This document shows positions 9,352 to 19,745 of a stretch of 64,000 bases of DNA, in pieces. This DNA comes from an uncultured Burkholderiaceae bacterium (GTDB taxonomy: Bacteria > Pseudomonadota > Gammaproteobacteria > Burkholderiales > Burkholderiaceae_C). Where the stretch lies: contig OZ260072.1 of NCBI GenBank assembly GCA_965284315.1, positions 1,869,243-1,933,242 of the forward strand, read 5' to 3'. Every line of letters starts with the position of its first letter. Positions within the stretch are counted from its first letter, which is position 1. Position numbers and translations under genes: made by a program. The notes beneath the pieces were generated by a model. It ran no database searches, was not told the origin of the DNA, and saw only the letters and a program-made list of their open reading frames with translations.

Positions 9352-10221
9352 TCAGCGCTGGATGCCCCAGCGCCGCACCGTGAGCCGCTCCAGCGTCTGG
9401 AAGCCGAGGTTTTCCACCAGCAGGCCGATCAGGATCACCAGCGCCAGCCCCGCGAACACCTTGTCGGTGTACAGCTCGTTGCGGTTCTGCGCGATGTACC
9501 AGCCCAGCCCGCCGCGGCCGGACGACGCGCCAAACACCAGTTCGGCCGCGATCAGCGTGCGCCAGGCAAAGGCCCAGCCGATCTTCAGGCCCGACAGGAT
9601 GGACGGCAGCGCCGCCGGCACCAGGATCTGCAGCACGTAGTGCAGCCCGCGCAGGCCGTAGTTGCGCCCGGCCATGCGCAGCGTGTCGGGCACGCCCTGA
9701 AAACCGGCGTAGGTGGCCAGCGCCAGCGGCCACAGCACCGAATGCACCAGCACAAACACCAGGCTGCCCTGGCCCAGGCCAAACCACAGCAGCGCCAGCG
9801 GCAGCAGCGCAATGGCGGGCAGCGGGTTGAACATCGCGGTGAGGGTGGACAGCAGGTCGCGGCCCACCTGGGTGGACACCGCCAGCGTGGTCAGCACAAA
9901 AGCGGCCAGCACGCCCAGCGCATAGCCCTGCAGCAGCACGGCCAGCGAGATGCGCGCTTTCACCAGCAGCTCGCCGCCCACCAGCCCTTCGGCCAGCGCC
10001 CGGGCGGTTTGCCCGAAGGTGGGCAGCAGCAGCTCGTTGGCCTGGAAGCGCGCCACCCCTTCCCACAGGGCGGCCAGCAGCACCAGCAGCAAGCCTTTGC
10101 GCAGCCAGCCCTGTTGCCACAGGCGGGTCTTCCAGGGCAGTGGCCGTTCTGGGGCCACGTCGCCGAGCGCGGCCAGTGGCTGTTCGTACTCGGGCCGGAT
10201 CGGCGGCAACACCGCGCTCAT
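9352..10221 (-). CDS. ABC transporter permease (NitT/TauT family)
   Basis: Multi-helix BPD-type inner membrane component. 4-nt overlap with the upstream ATPase gene. Confidence 0.9.
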   Translation of the reverse strand: MSAVLPPIRPEYEQPLAALGDVAPERPLPWKTRLWQQGWLRKGLLLVLLAALWEGVARFQANELLLPTFGQTARALAEGLVGGELLVKARISLAVLLQGYALGVLAAFVLTTLAVSTQVGRDLLSTLTAMFNPLPAIALLPLALLWFGLGQGSLVFVLVHSVLWPLALATYAGFQGVPDTLRMAGRNYGLRGLHYVLQILVPAALPSILSGLKIGWAFAWRTLIAAELVFGASSGRGGLGWYIAQNRNELYTDKVFAGLALVILIGLLVENLGFQTLERLTVRRWGIQR

Positions 10222-11063
10222 GCGGCCCGCCGTGTGGCAGCGGTGGTGGGCGACGCGGCTTCGTCAAACAGCAGCCGGTGGATGCGTTCGGTGGTGGCCT
10301 GGAATTCGGCGCTGCCGGTGCTGTGCAGGCCAAAGTTGTGGGCGTTCAGCTCGGCGCGCATGCGGCCGGGGTGGGGCGACAGCAGCGCCACCCGGTGGCC
10401 CAGCACCAGCGCTTCTTCAATCGAGTGGGTGACAAACAGCAGCGTGAAGCGCACGTCGTCCCACAGCGCCAGCAGTTCTTCCTGCATCTTGCGGCGGGTC
10501 AGCGCGTCGAGTGCGGCAAAGGGCTCGTCCATCAGCAGCACGCGGGGTTGCATGGCCAGCGCACGGGCAATCGCCACCCGCTGCTTCATGCCACCGGACA
10601 GCGTGTGCGGGTAGGCGTGGGCAAAGGCCGACAGGCCCACCTTGTGCAGGCAGTCCAGCGCGCGTTCCTGTGCCTCTTGGCGCGGCAGGCGGCGCGAGGC
10701 CAGCAGCGGGAAGGCGACGTTCTGCAGCACCGTTTTCCACGGCGGGAGCTGGTCAAACTCCTGGAATACCACCACGCGGTCGGGCCCGGGTTCGGTGATG
10801 CGCTGGCCATCGAGGCGAATCTCGCCTTCCACCGGCGCCACAAAACCGGCCACCGCTTTCAGCAGCGTGGATTTGCCGCAGCCCGAGGGCCCCAGCAGCA
10901 CAAAACGCTCGCTCTCGTGCACGTCAAAACACACCCGCTGCGTGGCCCGCACCACCCGTTCGGGCGTGCGGTACTCCAGGCTCACGCTGTCCACCTGAAG
11001 CGCCGGTGTTGCCTCGCTCACGGCGGGAGCCACGGCGCGCAGCGGGGTGGCGTGCAGGACCAT
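10218..11063 (-). CDS. ABC transporter ATP-binding protein (NitT/TauT family)
   Basis: Walker A GPSGCGKST, signature LSGGMKQRVAIARAL, Walker B LLMDEPF. Confidence 0.92.
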   Translation of the reverse strand: MVLHATPLRAVAPAVSEATPALQVDSVSLEYRTPERVVRATQRVCFDVHESERFVLLGPSGCGKSTLLKAVAGFVAPVEGEIRLDGQRITEPGPDRVVVFQEFDQLPPWKTVLQNVAFPLLASRRLPRQEAQERALDCLHKVGLSAFAHAYPHTLSGGMKQRVAIARALAMQPRVLLMDEPFAALDALTRRKMQEELLALWDDVRFTLLFVTHSIEEALVLGHRVALLSPHPGRMRAELNAHNFGLHSTGSAEFQATTERIHRLLFDEAASPTTAATRRAA

Positions 11064-12091
11064 CAGTTGGCTTTGGCGTTGTGCGCGTCGTCAAAGAAAT
11101 AGTCTTTGACCGTGGGCGCGTTCTTGATGGCGCCGACCCGGTGCATGAACTGCGCCAGCGGCAGCGTGTTCTGCGGCGTGATCTGGAACTGCACGTCCTT
11201 GCTCTGCAGGATGGACAGCAGCAGCTTGCGGTCGATGTTGGACTTGTTGATGCGCAGGTAAATGTCGGCCGCCGCTTCGGGGTTGGCGCTGACAAAGCGG
11301 GCCGCCTGGGCCAGTGCGTCGGTCAGGGCCTTGTAGGTCTTGGGGTTGTCGGCGCGGTACTTCTCGGTGGCGTACAGCACCGTGGCCGAGGCCGGGCCAC
11401 CCAGCACGTCGTAAGACTTCAACACCACCCGGGCGTTGGGGTTGCCGGCCAGCAGTTGCTCCTGAAAGGGCGTGTTGCTGAAGTGCGCGGTGATCTCGGT
11501 GCCGCCCTTGAGCAACGCGGCGGTGGCGTCGGGGTGTGGCAGCGCGACCTGGTTCTTGTCGAGCTTGTTGAACTGGGCGTCGCCCCACAGCTTGGCCGAG
11601 GCCAGTTGCAGGATGCGCGACTGGACCGACACGGTGACCGCCGGCAGCGCGATGCGGTCCTTGTCGGTGAAGTCGGCAATCGTCTTGACGTTGGGGTTGG
11701 TGGTGACGAGGTAGTTGGGGAAGTTGCCGAGCGAGGCCACGCCACGCACGTTCTGCCGGCCTTTGGTGCGGTCCCAAATGGTCAGCAAGGGGCCCACGCC
11801 AGCGCCGGCGATGTCGATCTGTCCCGCCAGCAGCGCGTCGTTGATGGCCGAGCCGCCCGAGAGTTTGATGAACTCGACCTTGACGTTGTCGACCCCTTGG
11901 GCCTTGGCGTTTTTCTCAATGAGTTGCAGGTCCTGTGCGATGTTGAGCAGCAGGTAGACCACGCCAAACTGTTCGGCAATGCGGATCTGCCCTTCGGCGT
12001 GGGCCTGGCTTGGCAGGCAGGTGGCGAGCAGCAGGGCGGTGGCGGTGCCGAGTGCCGCGATGCGGCGGCGCAATGGGGTGCGGGTGGTCAT
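11063..12091 (-). CDS. ABC transporter periplasmic substrate-binding protein (sulfonate/taurine/nitrate type)
   Basis: RR-containing signal peptide and NMT1/SsuA-like sequence. 1-nt overlap with the ATPase gene. Confidence 0.85.
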   Translation of the reverse strand: MTTRTPLRRRIAALGTATALLLATCLPSQAHAEGQIRIAEQFGVVYLLLNIAQDLQLIEKNAKAQGVDNVKVEFIKLSGGSAINDALLAGQIDIAGAGVGPLLTIWDRTKGRQNVRGVASLGNFPNYLVTTNPNVKTIADFTDKDRIALPAVTVSVQSRILQLASAKLWGDAQFNKLDKNQVALPHPDATAALLKGGTEITAHFSNTPFQEQLLAGNPNARVVLKSYDVLGGPASATVLYATEKYRADNPKTYKALTDALAQAARFVSANPEAAADIYLRINKSNIDRKLLLSILQSKDVQFQITPQNTLPLAQFMHRVGAIKNAPTVKDYFFDDAHNAKAN

Positions 12092-12118
12092 GGGATTTTT
12101 TTAAGGCAATGGAAAGGG

Positions 12119-13018
12119 TCAGACGGGCACATCGCCCTCGATGGTGGTGCGGTACATCTTGCGGCGCAGGTGGTTGGGCGTGCCGCCGGCCAGGTGCATC
12201 AGCGAGCGGTTGTCCCAGAACACCAGGTCGTGCGGCGCCCACCGGTGGCGGTAGATGTGCTCGGGCCGCACGCTGTGGTCAAACAGCTGCTGCAGCAGCT
12301 CGCGGCTTTCGTCGTCGGGCAGGCCGACGATGCGCGTGGTGAAGTGTTCGCTCACAAACAGCGCCTGGCGCCCAGTTTGCGGGTGGGTGCGCACGATGGG
12401 GTGGCTGACCGGGGCGAGTTGCGCCAGTTGCGCCGGCGTCAGGTCAGGCCGCCAGGGGCTGCGTTTTTGCAGGTCGGCGTAGTGGGCCAGGTAGGTGTGC
12501 TCGGCGCGGCGGCCCTGCACAGCCCGGCGCAGCGGCGCGGGCAGCGTGTCCCAGGCCCGGTGCATGTTGGCAAACAGCGTGTCGCCACCTTCTTCGGGCA
12601 GCTCCTGGGCGTGCAGGAAGGAACCCAGGCTCGGGCGTTCCTTGTACGACAGGTCGGAATGCCAGTAGGCCCCCGCATCGCCCAAGCCTATGGGCTGGCC
12701 GTTCTCGATGATGTTGGAGACGATCAGGATGTCGGGGTGCCCGGCCAGCGCAAACTGGTGCAGCACGTGTTTTTGCAGCGGCCCGAAGCGGCGGCTGAAA
12801 TCGATGTGCTGCTGCGGGGTGATGCGCTGGTCGCGCAACACGAGCACGTGGTGCGTCAGGTGGGCCTGCACCAGCGTGGCGAAGTCGTGGTCGTCCAGCG
12901 GGTGGGACAGGTCCAACCCCAGCACCTCGGCGCCCAACGGCGCGTCGAACGCGCGGACGGTGAAAGGGCGGGCGAGTACCGGCGGGGTGCGTTCGGGCGC
13001 AAGGGTGGCAGCGGTCAT
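12119..13018 (-). CDS. TauD/TfdA family Fe(II)/2-oxoglutarate dioxygenase
   Basis: WHSDLSY...GGDTLFANM and the C-terminal ...FWDNRSLMH..R motif set. ATG at 13018 preferred; a GTG at 13069 is an alternative start. Confidence 0.88.
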   Translation of the reverse strand: MTAATLAPERTPPVLARPFTVRAFDAPLGAEVLGLDLSHPLDDHDFATLVQAHLTHHVLVLRDQRITPQQHIDFSRRFGPLQKHVLHQFALAGHPDILIVSNIIENGQPIGLGDAGAYWHSDLSYKERPSLGSFLHAQELPEEGGDTLFANMHRAWDTLPAPLRRAVQGRRAEHTYLAHYADLQKRSPWRPDLTPAQLAQLAPVSHPIVRTHPQTGRQALFVSEHFTTRIVGLPDDESRELLQQLFDHSVRPEHIYRHRWAPHDLVFWDNRSLMHLAGGTPNHLRRKMYRTTIEGDVPV

Positions 13019-13132
13019 GGTCGTCCTGAATGCGGCGTCGGGTGCGCCAGATATCTGGACTCTAGGCACCTTGGCTTCAAACAGGAACGACTGATTCTTT
13101 GGTTGCTAACTGCCAAATCATCTATGGTGCAC

Positions 13133-14242
13133 CTACAGCGTGTGGCTGCGGTCGCCGTGCGCAAACCCGAGCGGCTCCCACAGCGCCCCCTTGCAAAAGC
13201 CGATCACCTTGAACAACTCGCCCATTTCGTGCTCGGTCATCAGCTTTTGTGCCATCGCGCGTTCGGCGGTGCTGGCGTCGGCCAGCAGGTCGAGCAGGCC
13301 GCAGTTCATCAGGAAACGCGCCTGCGTGGTGTAGCCCAGCACCTGCAGCCCGGCGTCTTGCCCGGCCAGCGCGATGCCGGTGAAGTTGACGTGGGCGGTG
13401 ATGTCTTTCAGCCCCACGGCTTCCAGCGGGTCGGTGCTGGCCAGGTGTCCCTGGTGGCACATCAGCGTGCCCATGTGGCGCTGTGGGTGGTAGTACTCGC
13501 TTTCGGGAAAACCGTAGTCGAGAAAGAAGGCCGCACCGCGTTCCAGCCGGTCCGCCAGCGTGGCAATGAAGGCCTCGGCCTGGGGGTGGATTTCGGTCAG
13601 GTAGTCGTGGGGGCCGGGGATGTCCAGCGGGGCGCGCAGCGGGGTCGCTTGGTCGGCAAAGACCAGCGCGCCGTTGTCCAGCGCCACGCCACGTTCGTGC
13701 CAAATACCGCTCTGGCGAAAGAGCAGTTGCACCGGCATCGCGTCCAGCACCTCGTTGCCGACCACCACGCCGCTGAAGCGCGCAGGCAGTTCGCTGGCCC
13801 ACTGCACCCGGTCCCCGTGTGCTTGCAGCGTGGCCTGCTGGCGCGCGCGCAGGGTGCTGGAGAGGTCGACGATGGTGTAGCGGCGCACGCGGTCGCCCAG
13901 GGCGTCCAGCAGTTGCAGCGCCAGCGCGCCGGAGCCCGCACCGAATTCCCACACCTCGTCGGTGCCGGTGTGTTGCAGCGCCTCGGCCACCTGGGCAGCC
14001 AGCGTGCGGCCGAACAGCGGTGTCAGCTCCGGCGCCGTCACAAAGTCGCTGCCGGAGGCGGGCAGGGCGCCGAATTTGCGCGAGTCGTTGGCGTAGTAGC
14101 CAAGGCCAGGGGCGTACAGCGCCTGGGCCATGAAGGCGTCAAAGGGGAGCCAGCCGCCAGCGCGGGTGATGGCCTGCGCGATCTGCTGCTGCAGGGCGCT
14201 CGTTAAACTAAGGCTTGTTTCCACCCGGCGATTGTCCGCCAT
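13133..14242 (-). CDS. SAM-dependent methyltransferase, MidA/NDUFAF7 (DUF185) family
   Basis: DFVTAPELTPLFG and EFGAGSGALA motifs. The 622-aa track ORF is an upstream read-through; ATG at 14242 chosen (a GTG at 14224 is possible). Confidence 0.8.
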   Translation of the reverse strand: MADNRRVETSLSLTSALQQQIAQAITRAGGWLPFDAFMAQALYAPGLGYYANDSRKFGALPASGSDFVTAPELTPLFGRTLAAQVAEALQHTGTDEVWEFGAGSGALALQLLDALGDRVRRYTIVDLSSTLRARQQATLQAHGDRVQWASELPARFSGVVVGNEVLDAMPVQLLFRQSGIWHERGVALDNGALVFADQATPLRAPLDIPGPHDYLTEIHPQAEAFIATLADRLERGAAFFLDYGFPESEYYHPQRHMGTLMCHQGHLASTDPLEAVGLKDITAHVNFTGIALAGQDAGLQVLGYTTQARFLMNCGLLDLLADASTAERAMAQKLMTEHEMGELFKVIGFCKGALWEPLGFAHGDRSHTL

Positions 14243-14254
14243 CCATTCCCCCAC

Positions 14255-15067
14255 ATGGCCCAGCCTGCCAACCCCGTTGCATTGCCCCGCACCGTGCTCG
14301 TCACCGGCGCCGCCCGCCGGTTGGGGCGCGAGATCGCGCTGGCGCTGGCCGCCGGGGGCTGGCGGGTGGCCGTGCACTACCGGGCATCGGCCGAAGATGC
14401 TCTTAAAACCGTAGCAGACTGTGCAGCCTTGACTAAGGGCAGCGCTGCTTTTTGTGCCGATTTGTCGGACGAGGCGGCGGTGTGCGGCCTGTTGCCCCGC
14501 GTTGTGGCCGACATGGGCGCGGTGGACGCGGTGGTCAACAGCGCGTCCACTTTCGAGCACGACGACGCAGCCAGTTTTGGTTTTGCGGCGCTGGACCGGC
14601 ACCTGCGCAGCAACACCGGCGCACCGATCCTGCTGGCGCAGGCACTGCACACCCACCTGGCCACGCGCGAGGGCGCGCGCGGCGCGGTGGTGAACCTGCT
14701 CGACCAGAAACTGTGGAACCCCAACCCCGATTTCCTCAGTTACACGCTCTCCAAAGCCGCGCTGGAAGCCGCCAACACCCTGCTGGCGCTGGCGCTGGCG
14801 CCGCGTGTGCGGGTGGTTGGCGTGGCCCCAGGGCTGACGCTGACCAGCCACATGCTGAGCGATGACAAGTTCCAGGCGCTGCACAAACTGAGCCCGCTGG
14901 GTCGATCGTCCACACCGGCCGATGTGGCCAGCGCGGTGCGCTTTGCGCTGGAGAACAACTCGATCACCGGCACCACGCTGTTGGTGGATGGCGGCCAGCA
15001 CCTGATGAAATTTGAGCGCGACTTCTCGTTGATGAACCCTTGCGGGACAGACCGCAGCGCCGCGTAG
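14255..15067 (+). CDS. SDR family oxidoreductase, pteridine reductase (FolM)-like
   Basis: VLVTGAARRLGREIALAL cofactor motif and YxxxK (YTLSKAAL). Located directly upstream of folB. Confidence 0.8.
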   Translation: MAQPANPVALPRTVLVTGAARRLGREIALALAAGGWRVAVHYRASAEDALKTVADCAALTKGSAAFCADLSDEAAVCGLLPRVVADMGAVDAVVNSASTFEHDDAASFGFAALDRHLRSNTGAPILLAQALHTHLATREGARGAVVNLLDQKLWNPNPDFLSYTLSKAALEAANTLLALALAPRVRVVGVAPGLTLTSHMLSDDKFQALHKLSPLGRSSTPADVASAVRFALENNSITGTTLLVDGGQHLMKFERDFSLMNPCGTDRSAA

Positions 15068-15116
15068 CGCGCCAGCTCTGTCCCCAACTGTTCAGAACGC
15101 TTCGCCAACACACACC

Positions 15117-15488
15117 ATGTTCAACACCAAAGGCACCCAGATCCTGACGCTCACCGGGTTGCGCTTCGACGCCAACCTCGGCATCCTGGCGCACGAGAAA
15201 AACTCGCCACAGCCGATCCAGGTGGACGCCGAACTCAGCTTGGGCACCCAGCCGCTGCTGCCGCACGACGACGACATCGGCCACGTGCTGGACTACCGCA
15301 AGGTGCGGCAGATCATCATCGACGAATGCACCGCCGAGCATGTGAACCTGCTGGAGAGCCTGATTGGCAAGCTGAGCCACCGGCTGATGCAGCTGCCCGG
15401 CGTGGTCGGCGTGCGGGTGAAAATCGCGAAGCTGGAAATTTTTGACGATTGCGAAGTCGCGATCCGGGTTGAAACCGGGCAGTGGTGA
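15117..15488 (+). CDS. folB: dihydroneopterin aldolase
   Basis: 123 aa with FolB-like pattern (LRFDANLGILAHEK...PIQVD, DYRKV). Confidence 0.85.
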   Translation: MFNTKGTQILTLTGLRFDANLGILAHEKNSPQPIQVDAELSLGTQPLLPHDDDIGHVLDYRKVRQIIIDECTAEHVNLLESLIGKLSHRLMQLPGVVGVRVKIAKLEIFDDCEVAIRVETGQW

Positions 15489-15528
15489 GCGCCCACCTCG
15501 TTCCACGATTTGCCCCCCCTTCTGACAC

Positions 15529-16365
15529 ATGCCATACACCCCCGCCATTGAAGCGTCACTGTCCACGATCTGGAGTGCCCCCGACTCGCTTGCGCGCCAA
15601 CAGTTGCTGGCCAAGCCGTTCATCGCCCATACGGTTCCCGTCACCCACACCGTGTCGACCCGTCCCGGTGAGCCCTTGATCGCATTGGCGCCCCGCACAC
15701 AGGCGATACACGACGCCTTGTCACTGTTTGTGCCCAATGGGGGGGCTGGCCGCTCTGCGGTCGACTTGGGCTGCCTGGAAGGCGGCTTGTCGTTTGAGCT
15801 GCGCCGCGCGGGTTTGGATGTTCTGGGGGTGGAAGGCCGCGAAGACAATTACCAGCGCTGCCTGTTGCTGAAGGCCTACTACGCCGCGCTGGGCGGGCTG
15901 GACTTTCATCTGGGCGATGTGCGCGATTTTCGGCCTGGACGGACGTTTGACGTGGTGGTGTGTTCTGGCCTGCTGTACCACCTGGACGATCCGGCGGCCT
16001 ACATCCAGCAACTCGGTGCGTTGACATCCGGCGGCGGCTTGCTCTATTTAGACACCCATGTGGCGCCAGAAGACTGTGATCTGGCCGAATCCGTATTCCG
16101 GCCGAACCTGTCGGCCATCAAAACGGGCACCATGGGTGGACGGGATGTGCGTTTTCGCACCTACGAAGAGGACGTCTCTTTGCCGGAGTCGTCCATTGGG
16201 AACCGGCAATCGGTCTGGATGGACACGCCGTCCCACCTGGCCTTGCTCCATGCAGCGGGGTTTCACCGCGTTTTTGACATGAGTGGCTACTATGGCGCGG
16301 ACGAGCAGGGGCTCAAGCGGCGGTACCACCGCCGGTATTTTGCTGCGCTCAAGGGGGTGGTGTGA
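15529..16365 (+). CDS. class I SAM-dependent methyltransferase
   Basis: Motif [12 protein letters not shown] and post-I/II region [16 protein letters not shown]. Its stop overlaps the ttcA start. Confidence 0.7.
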   Translation: MPYTPAIEASLSTIWSAPDSLARQQLLAKPFIAHTVPVTHTVSTRPGEPLIALAPRTQAIHDALSLFVPNGGAGRSAVDLGCLEGGLSFELRRAGLDVLGVEGREDNYQRCLLLKAYYAALGGLDFHLGDVRDFRPGRTFDVVVCSGLLYHLDDPAAYIQQLGALTSGGGLLYLDTHVAPEDCDLAESVFRPNLSAIKTGTMGGRDVRFRTYEEDVSLPESSIGNRQSVWMDTPSHLALLHAAGFHRVFDMSGYYGADEQGLKRRYHRRYFAALKGVV

Positions 16366-17336
16366 TGGAAGAAGCACGCATGTGGGTTGATCCGGTTGAG
16401 CCTGTTCGCAACGCCAAAATCGAGCGCGAAACCCACAAGCTCGAAAAACGCCTGTGCCGCAACATGGGCCAGGCGATCATTGACTTCAACATGGTCGAAG
16501 AGGGCGACAAGGTCATGGTCTGCATGAGCGGCGGCAAGGACAGCTACGCCATGCTGGACATCCTGCTCAAGCTCAAGGCCCGTGCGCCCATTCACTTCGA
16601 CATCGTCGCCGTCAACCTCGACCAGAAGCAGCCCGGTTTTCCCGAGCATGTGCTGCCCGAGTACCTGGCCAAGGTGGGTGTGCCCTTTCACATTGAGAAC
16701 CAGGACACCTACTCCATCGTGGTGGACAAGATTGCGCCGGGCAAAACCATGTGCAGCCTGTGCAGCCGGCTGCGCCGCGGCATCCTGTACCGCGTGGCCG
16801 GCGAACTGGGCGCCACCAAGATCGCGCTCGGCCACCACCGCGACGACATGTTGCAGACTTTCTTTCTCAACATGTTTTTCGGCGGCAAGCTCAAGGGCAT
16901 GCCGCCCAAACTGGTGAGCGACGATGGCAAAAACATCGTCATCCGCCCGCTGGCCTACGCGGCCGAGAAAGACCTTGCCCGCTGGGCCGAGCACCGGCAA
17001 TTCCCCATCATTCCCTGCACGCTGTGTGGCAGCCAGGAAAACCTGCAGCGCAAGCAGGTGGCCGCCATGCTGCACGAGTGGGATAAAAAGCACCCCGGCA
17101 GGGTGGAAAGCATGTTCACCGCGCTGCAAAACGTCGTGCCCTCGCACTTGATGGACAGGCGTCACTACGGTTTTGAATATCTGCATGCCACCGGCGAGCT
17201 CAACCCCGAGGGCGACAAGGCCTTCGACAAGGACGACGATGGCTTGGTCTTCGCGCCTGCTGCGCTGCCTTCACAGCAGACGGTGGCGATGCCGGTCACG
17301 CTGAAGGTGGGGGGGCAGCAGGAGGTTGCGCCGTGA
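16365..17336 (+). CDS. ttcA: tRNA 2-thiocytidine(32) synthetase
   Basis: PP-loop [12 protein letters not shown] and CSLC / CTLCG cysteine motifs. N-terminus aligns with enterobacterial TtcA ([18 protein letters not shown]). Confidence 0.9.
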   Translation: MEEARMWVDPVEPVRNAKIERETHKLEKRLCRNMGQAIIDFNMVEEGDKVMVCMSGGKDSYAMLDILLKLKARAPIHFDIVAVNLDQKQPGFPEHVLPEYLAKVGVPFHIENQDTYSIVVDKIAPGKTMCSLCSRLRRGILYRVAGELGATKIALGHHRDDMLQTFFLNMFFGGKLKGMPPKLVSDDGKNIVIRPLAYAAEKDLARWAEHRQFPIIPCTLCGSQENLQRKQVAAMLHEWDKKHPGRVESMFTALQNVVPSHLMDRRHYGFEYLHATGELNPEGDKAFDKDDDGLVFAPAALPSQQTVAMPVTLKVGGQQEVAP

Positions 17337-17965
17337 ACATCACCCGCTGTCTGGGCGCTGCCCTGGTGGCCGCCACGCTGGTGTTGGCCGGTTGCGCCAG
17401 TGTGGTGGTGGACAGCGAAGTCAACGCGTTCAGCAAATTGCCACCGACGCCGGTGCCGAATGCGAGTTACCGCTTCGAGGTGTTGCCCTCGCAGCAGGCT
17501 GAAGCAGGGCGCCAGGCCAAGCTGGAAGCCGCCACCCAGACCGCGCTGCAGAAAGTCGGGTTGACCCGCAATGACCGCGCCGCCCGCTACAGCGTGCAGG
17601 TCGGTGTGCGCAGCCAGGTCGTGGCGCGGGGCGGTTTCCCGGGTTATGGGGACAACGGTTTTGGCGGCTATGGCCGTTTCGGCCACCCGTACTGGCGCAA
17701 TGCCCATGACGGGCCTGGCTTCTACCCCGGCTTCGGGTTCTACCCGCCGTTTTACCCCGGTGCGTCGTCCAGTTACCGGCACGAAGTGACCTTGCTGTTG
17801 CGCGACGTGGCCAGCCAGCAGGTGGTGTTCGAGACCCAGGCGGTGCACGAGGGGTTCTGGCGCGACACCGAGCGCGTGTTGCCCGCCATGCTGGACGCCG
17901 CGCTGCGCGATTTCCCGAACCCGCCCCAGGGCGTGCGCCAGATCGAGGTGCAGCTGCCCATCTGA
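17333..17965 (+). CDS. lipoprotein (DUF4136-like)
   Basis: Lipobox LVLAGC. GTG start overlaps the ttcA stop (GTGA). Gly/Tyr/Phe-rich middle segment. Confidence 0.6.
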   Translation: MNITRCLGAALVAATLVLAGCASVVVDSEVNAFSKLPPTPVPNASYRFEVLPSQQAEAGRQAKLEAATQTALQKVGLTRNDRAARYSVQVGVRSQVVARGGFPGYGDNGFGGYGRFGHPYWRNAHDGPGFYPGFGFYPPFYPGASSSYRHEVTLLLRDVASQQVVFETQAVHEGFWRDTERVLPAMLDAALRDFPNPPQGVRQIEVQLPI

Positions 17966-17974
17966 CGGGTTGTC

Positions 17975-18047
17975 CCCTGGTTTCAGTGTCAAACAGGCAT
18001 TCAGCCTCAGTAAAATCTAGCGTTTTAGCTACAAAATAAATAGCAAA
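17975..18047 (-). repeat. dispersed repeat element, copy D (intergenic, abuts the start codon of the histidine phosphatase gene)
   Basis: The reverse complement reads tttgctatttattttgtagctaaaacgctagattttactgaggctgaatgcctgtttgacactgaaacc. Confidence 0.8.
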
Positions 18048-18691
18048 TGCAAGCCGTTCGCCTGATTGCCGTGCGCCATGGCGAGACCGCCTGGAATGCC
18101 GACGGCCGCATCCAGGGCCAGTTGGACATTGGCCTCAACGACACCGGGCTGTGGCAAGCGCAACGCCTGGGCCGGGCGTTGTCAGAAGAGATGTTTCATG
18201 CCGTGCACACCAGCGACCTGCTGCGTGCCCACCAGACTGCACAAGCCCTGGCGGACGTGGCGGCTCTGCCGGTGCAGGGAAACACAGGTTTGCGTGAACG
18301 CCACCTGGGCGACTTTCAGGGGCGAACGGTGCCGGAGATCGAGGCACTGTGGCCCGACCAGTACCGCGCCTGGCGCGAGCGCGTGCCCGACTTTGCCCCT
18401 TCCGGTGGCGGTGAATCGTTGCTGCAATTCCGCGACCGCGTCATGGCCACGGTGAACACATTGGCCCGCACGCAGGGGCAAGGCCAGATCGCGGTGGTCG
18501 CGCACGGCGGGGTGATGGACATCTTGTACCGTGCGGCCACCGGCCAGGAACTGCAAACCCCACGCACCTGGACACTGGCCAACGCCGCCATCAACCGCCT
18601 GCTGTGGACGCCCGACAGCCTCACCCTGGTGGGCTGGGCCGACGCGCAGCACCTGAACCGCACAGCGCGGGACGACGACAGCCTCAGCTGA
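18047..18691 (+). CDS. histidine phosphatase (phosphoglycerate mutase) family protein
   Basis: RHGETAWN catalytic motif and a downstream ...VAHGGV histidine. Confidence 0.85.
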   Translation: MQAVRLIAVRHGETAWNADGRIQGQLDIGLNDTGLWQAQRLGRALSEEMFHAVHTSDLLRAHQTAQALADVAALPVQGNTGLRERHLGDFQGRTVPEIEALWPDQYRAWRERVPDFAPSGGGESLLQFRDRVMATVNTLARTQGQGQIAVVAHGGVMDILYRAATGQELQTPRTWTLANAAINRLLWTPDSLTLVGWADAQHLNRTARDDDSLS

Positions 18692-19739
18692 ACAGTTCGG
18701 TGCCGTTGGCGGGCGGCGCCACGCCGAGGTGCCGGTAGGCCGCCAGCGTGGCAATGCGGCCACGCGGCGTGCGCTGCAGGAAACCTTGCTGGATCAAATA
18801 GGGCTCGATCACGTCTTCGATCGTGTCGCGCTCCTCGCCAATGCTGGCGGCGATGTTGTCCAGCCCCACCGGGCCACCGTCGAATCGGTGGATCACCGCT
18901 TCCAGCAGCTTGCGGTCCATCACATCGAACCCCTGCGGGTCCACGTCCAGCATCGCCAGCGCGCGGTTGGCCATGTCCAGCGTGATCTGGCCGTTGCCTT
19001 TCACGTCGGCGTAGTCGCGCACGCGCCGCAGCAGGCGGTTGGCAATGCGCGGCGTGCCACGTGAACGGCGCGCGATCTCCATGCCACCGTCGCCCACCAG
19101 CGGCGCGTTCAGCAGTTTGGCACTGCGGGTGACGATGCGGGTCAGCTCCTCCGGCGTGTAGAACTCCAGCCGCGCGACGATGCCAAAGCGGTCGCGCAGC
19201 GGGTTGGTCAACATGCCGGCGCGCGTGGTGGCGCCCACCAGCGTGAACGGCTGCAGGTCCAGCTTGATGCTGCGCGCCGCCGGGCCTTCGCCGATCATGA
19301 TGTCGATCTGGTAGTCCTCCAGTGCGGGGTAGAGGATTTCCTCCACCACCGCCGACAGCCGGTGGATCTCGTCGATGAACAACACGTCGTTTTTTTCGAG
19401 GTTGGTCAGCAGCGCCGCCAGGTCCTTGGGTTTTTCAAGTACCGGGCCACTGGTCTGGCGCAGGTTCACGCCCAGCTCGTGCGCAATGATGTGCGACAGC
19501 GTGGTTTTGCCCAGGCCGGGTGGGCCAAACAGCAGCACATGGTCCAGCGCCTCGCCGCGCTTCTTGGCTGCACCAATGAAGATCTCCAGCTGCTCGCGCG
19601 CCTTGGTCTGGCCCACGTAGTCGTCAAACAGCTTGGGGCGCAACGCCCGTTCAATCGCCTCCTCGTTGGGCGAGGTCGGGGCGGGGGACACCACCCGTTG
19701 GGAGGGTGCCGGGGCGAAATCGTCTGTTTGTATGCTCAT
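18684..19739 (-). CDS. ruvB: Holliday junction branch migration helicase RuvB
   Basis: LRP..FDDYVGQ, Walker [16 protein letters not shown]; full-length RuvB. Confidence 0.97.
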   Translation of the reverse strand: MSIQTDDFAPAPSQRVVSPAPTSPNEEAIERALRPKLFDDYVGQTKAREQLEIFIGAAKKRGEALDHVLLFGPPGLGKTTLSHIIAHELGVNLRQTSGPVLEKPKDLAALLTNLEKNDVLFIDEIHRLSAVVEEILYPALEDYQIDIMIGEGPAARSIKLDLQPFTLVGATTRAGMLTNPLRDRFGIVARLEFYTPEELTRIVTRSAKLLNAPLVGDGGMEIARRSRGTPRIANRLLRRVRDYADVKGNGQITLDMANRALAMLDVDPQGFDVMDRKLLEAVIHRFDGGPVGLDNIAASIGEERDTIEDVIEPYLIQQGFLQRTPRGRIATLAAYRHLGVAPPANGTELFS

Positions 19740-19745
19740 GGCCGT

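Noticed and set aside
13070-13132. Repeat-family copy or terminator between the tauD-like gene and the methyltransferase gene
   Set aside because: The similarity is limited to short words (tcaaacagg, ttgcta). There is no convincing alignment or hairpin.
11006-14206. 1066-aa ORF on the plus strand spanning the tau-like cluster
   Set aside because: It is antisense to four well-supported minus-strand genes. Its Arg/Gly/Val/Gln-rich low-complexity translation is typical of stop-free antisense frames in high-GC DNA.
13133-15001. 622-aa ORF suggesting a large fusion protein
   Set aside because: Only the C-terminal 369 aa (from the ATG at 14242) look like a MidA-type methyltransferase. The upstream part is antisense to the well-supported SDR gene (14255-15067).
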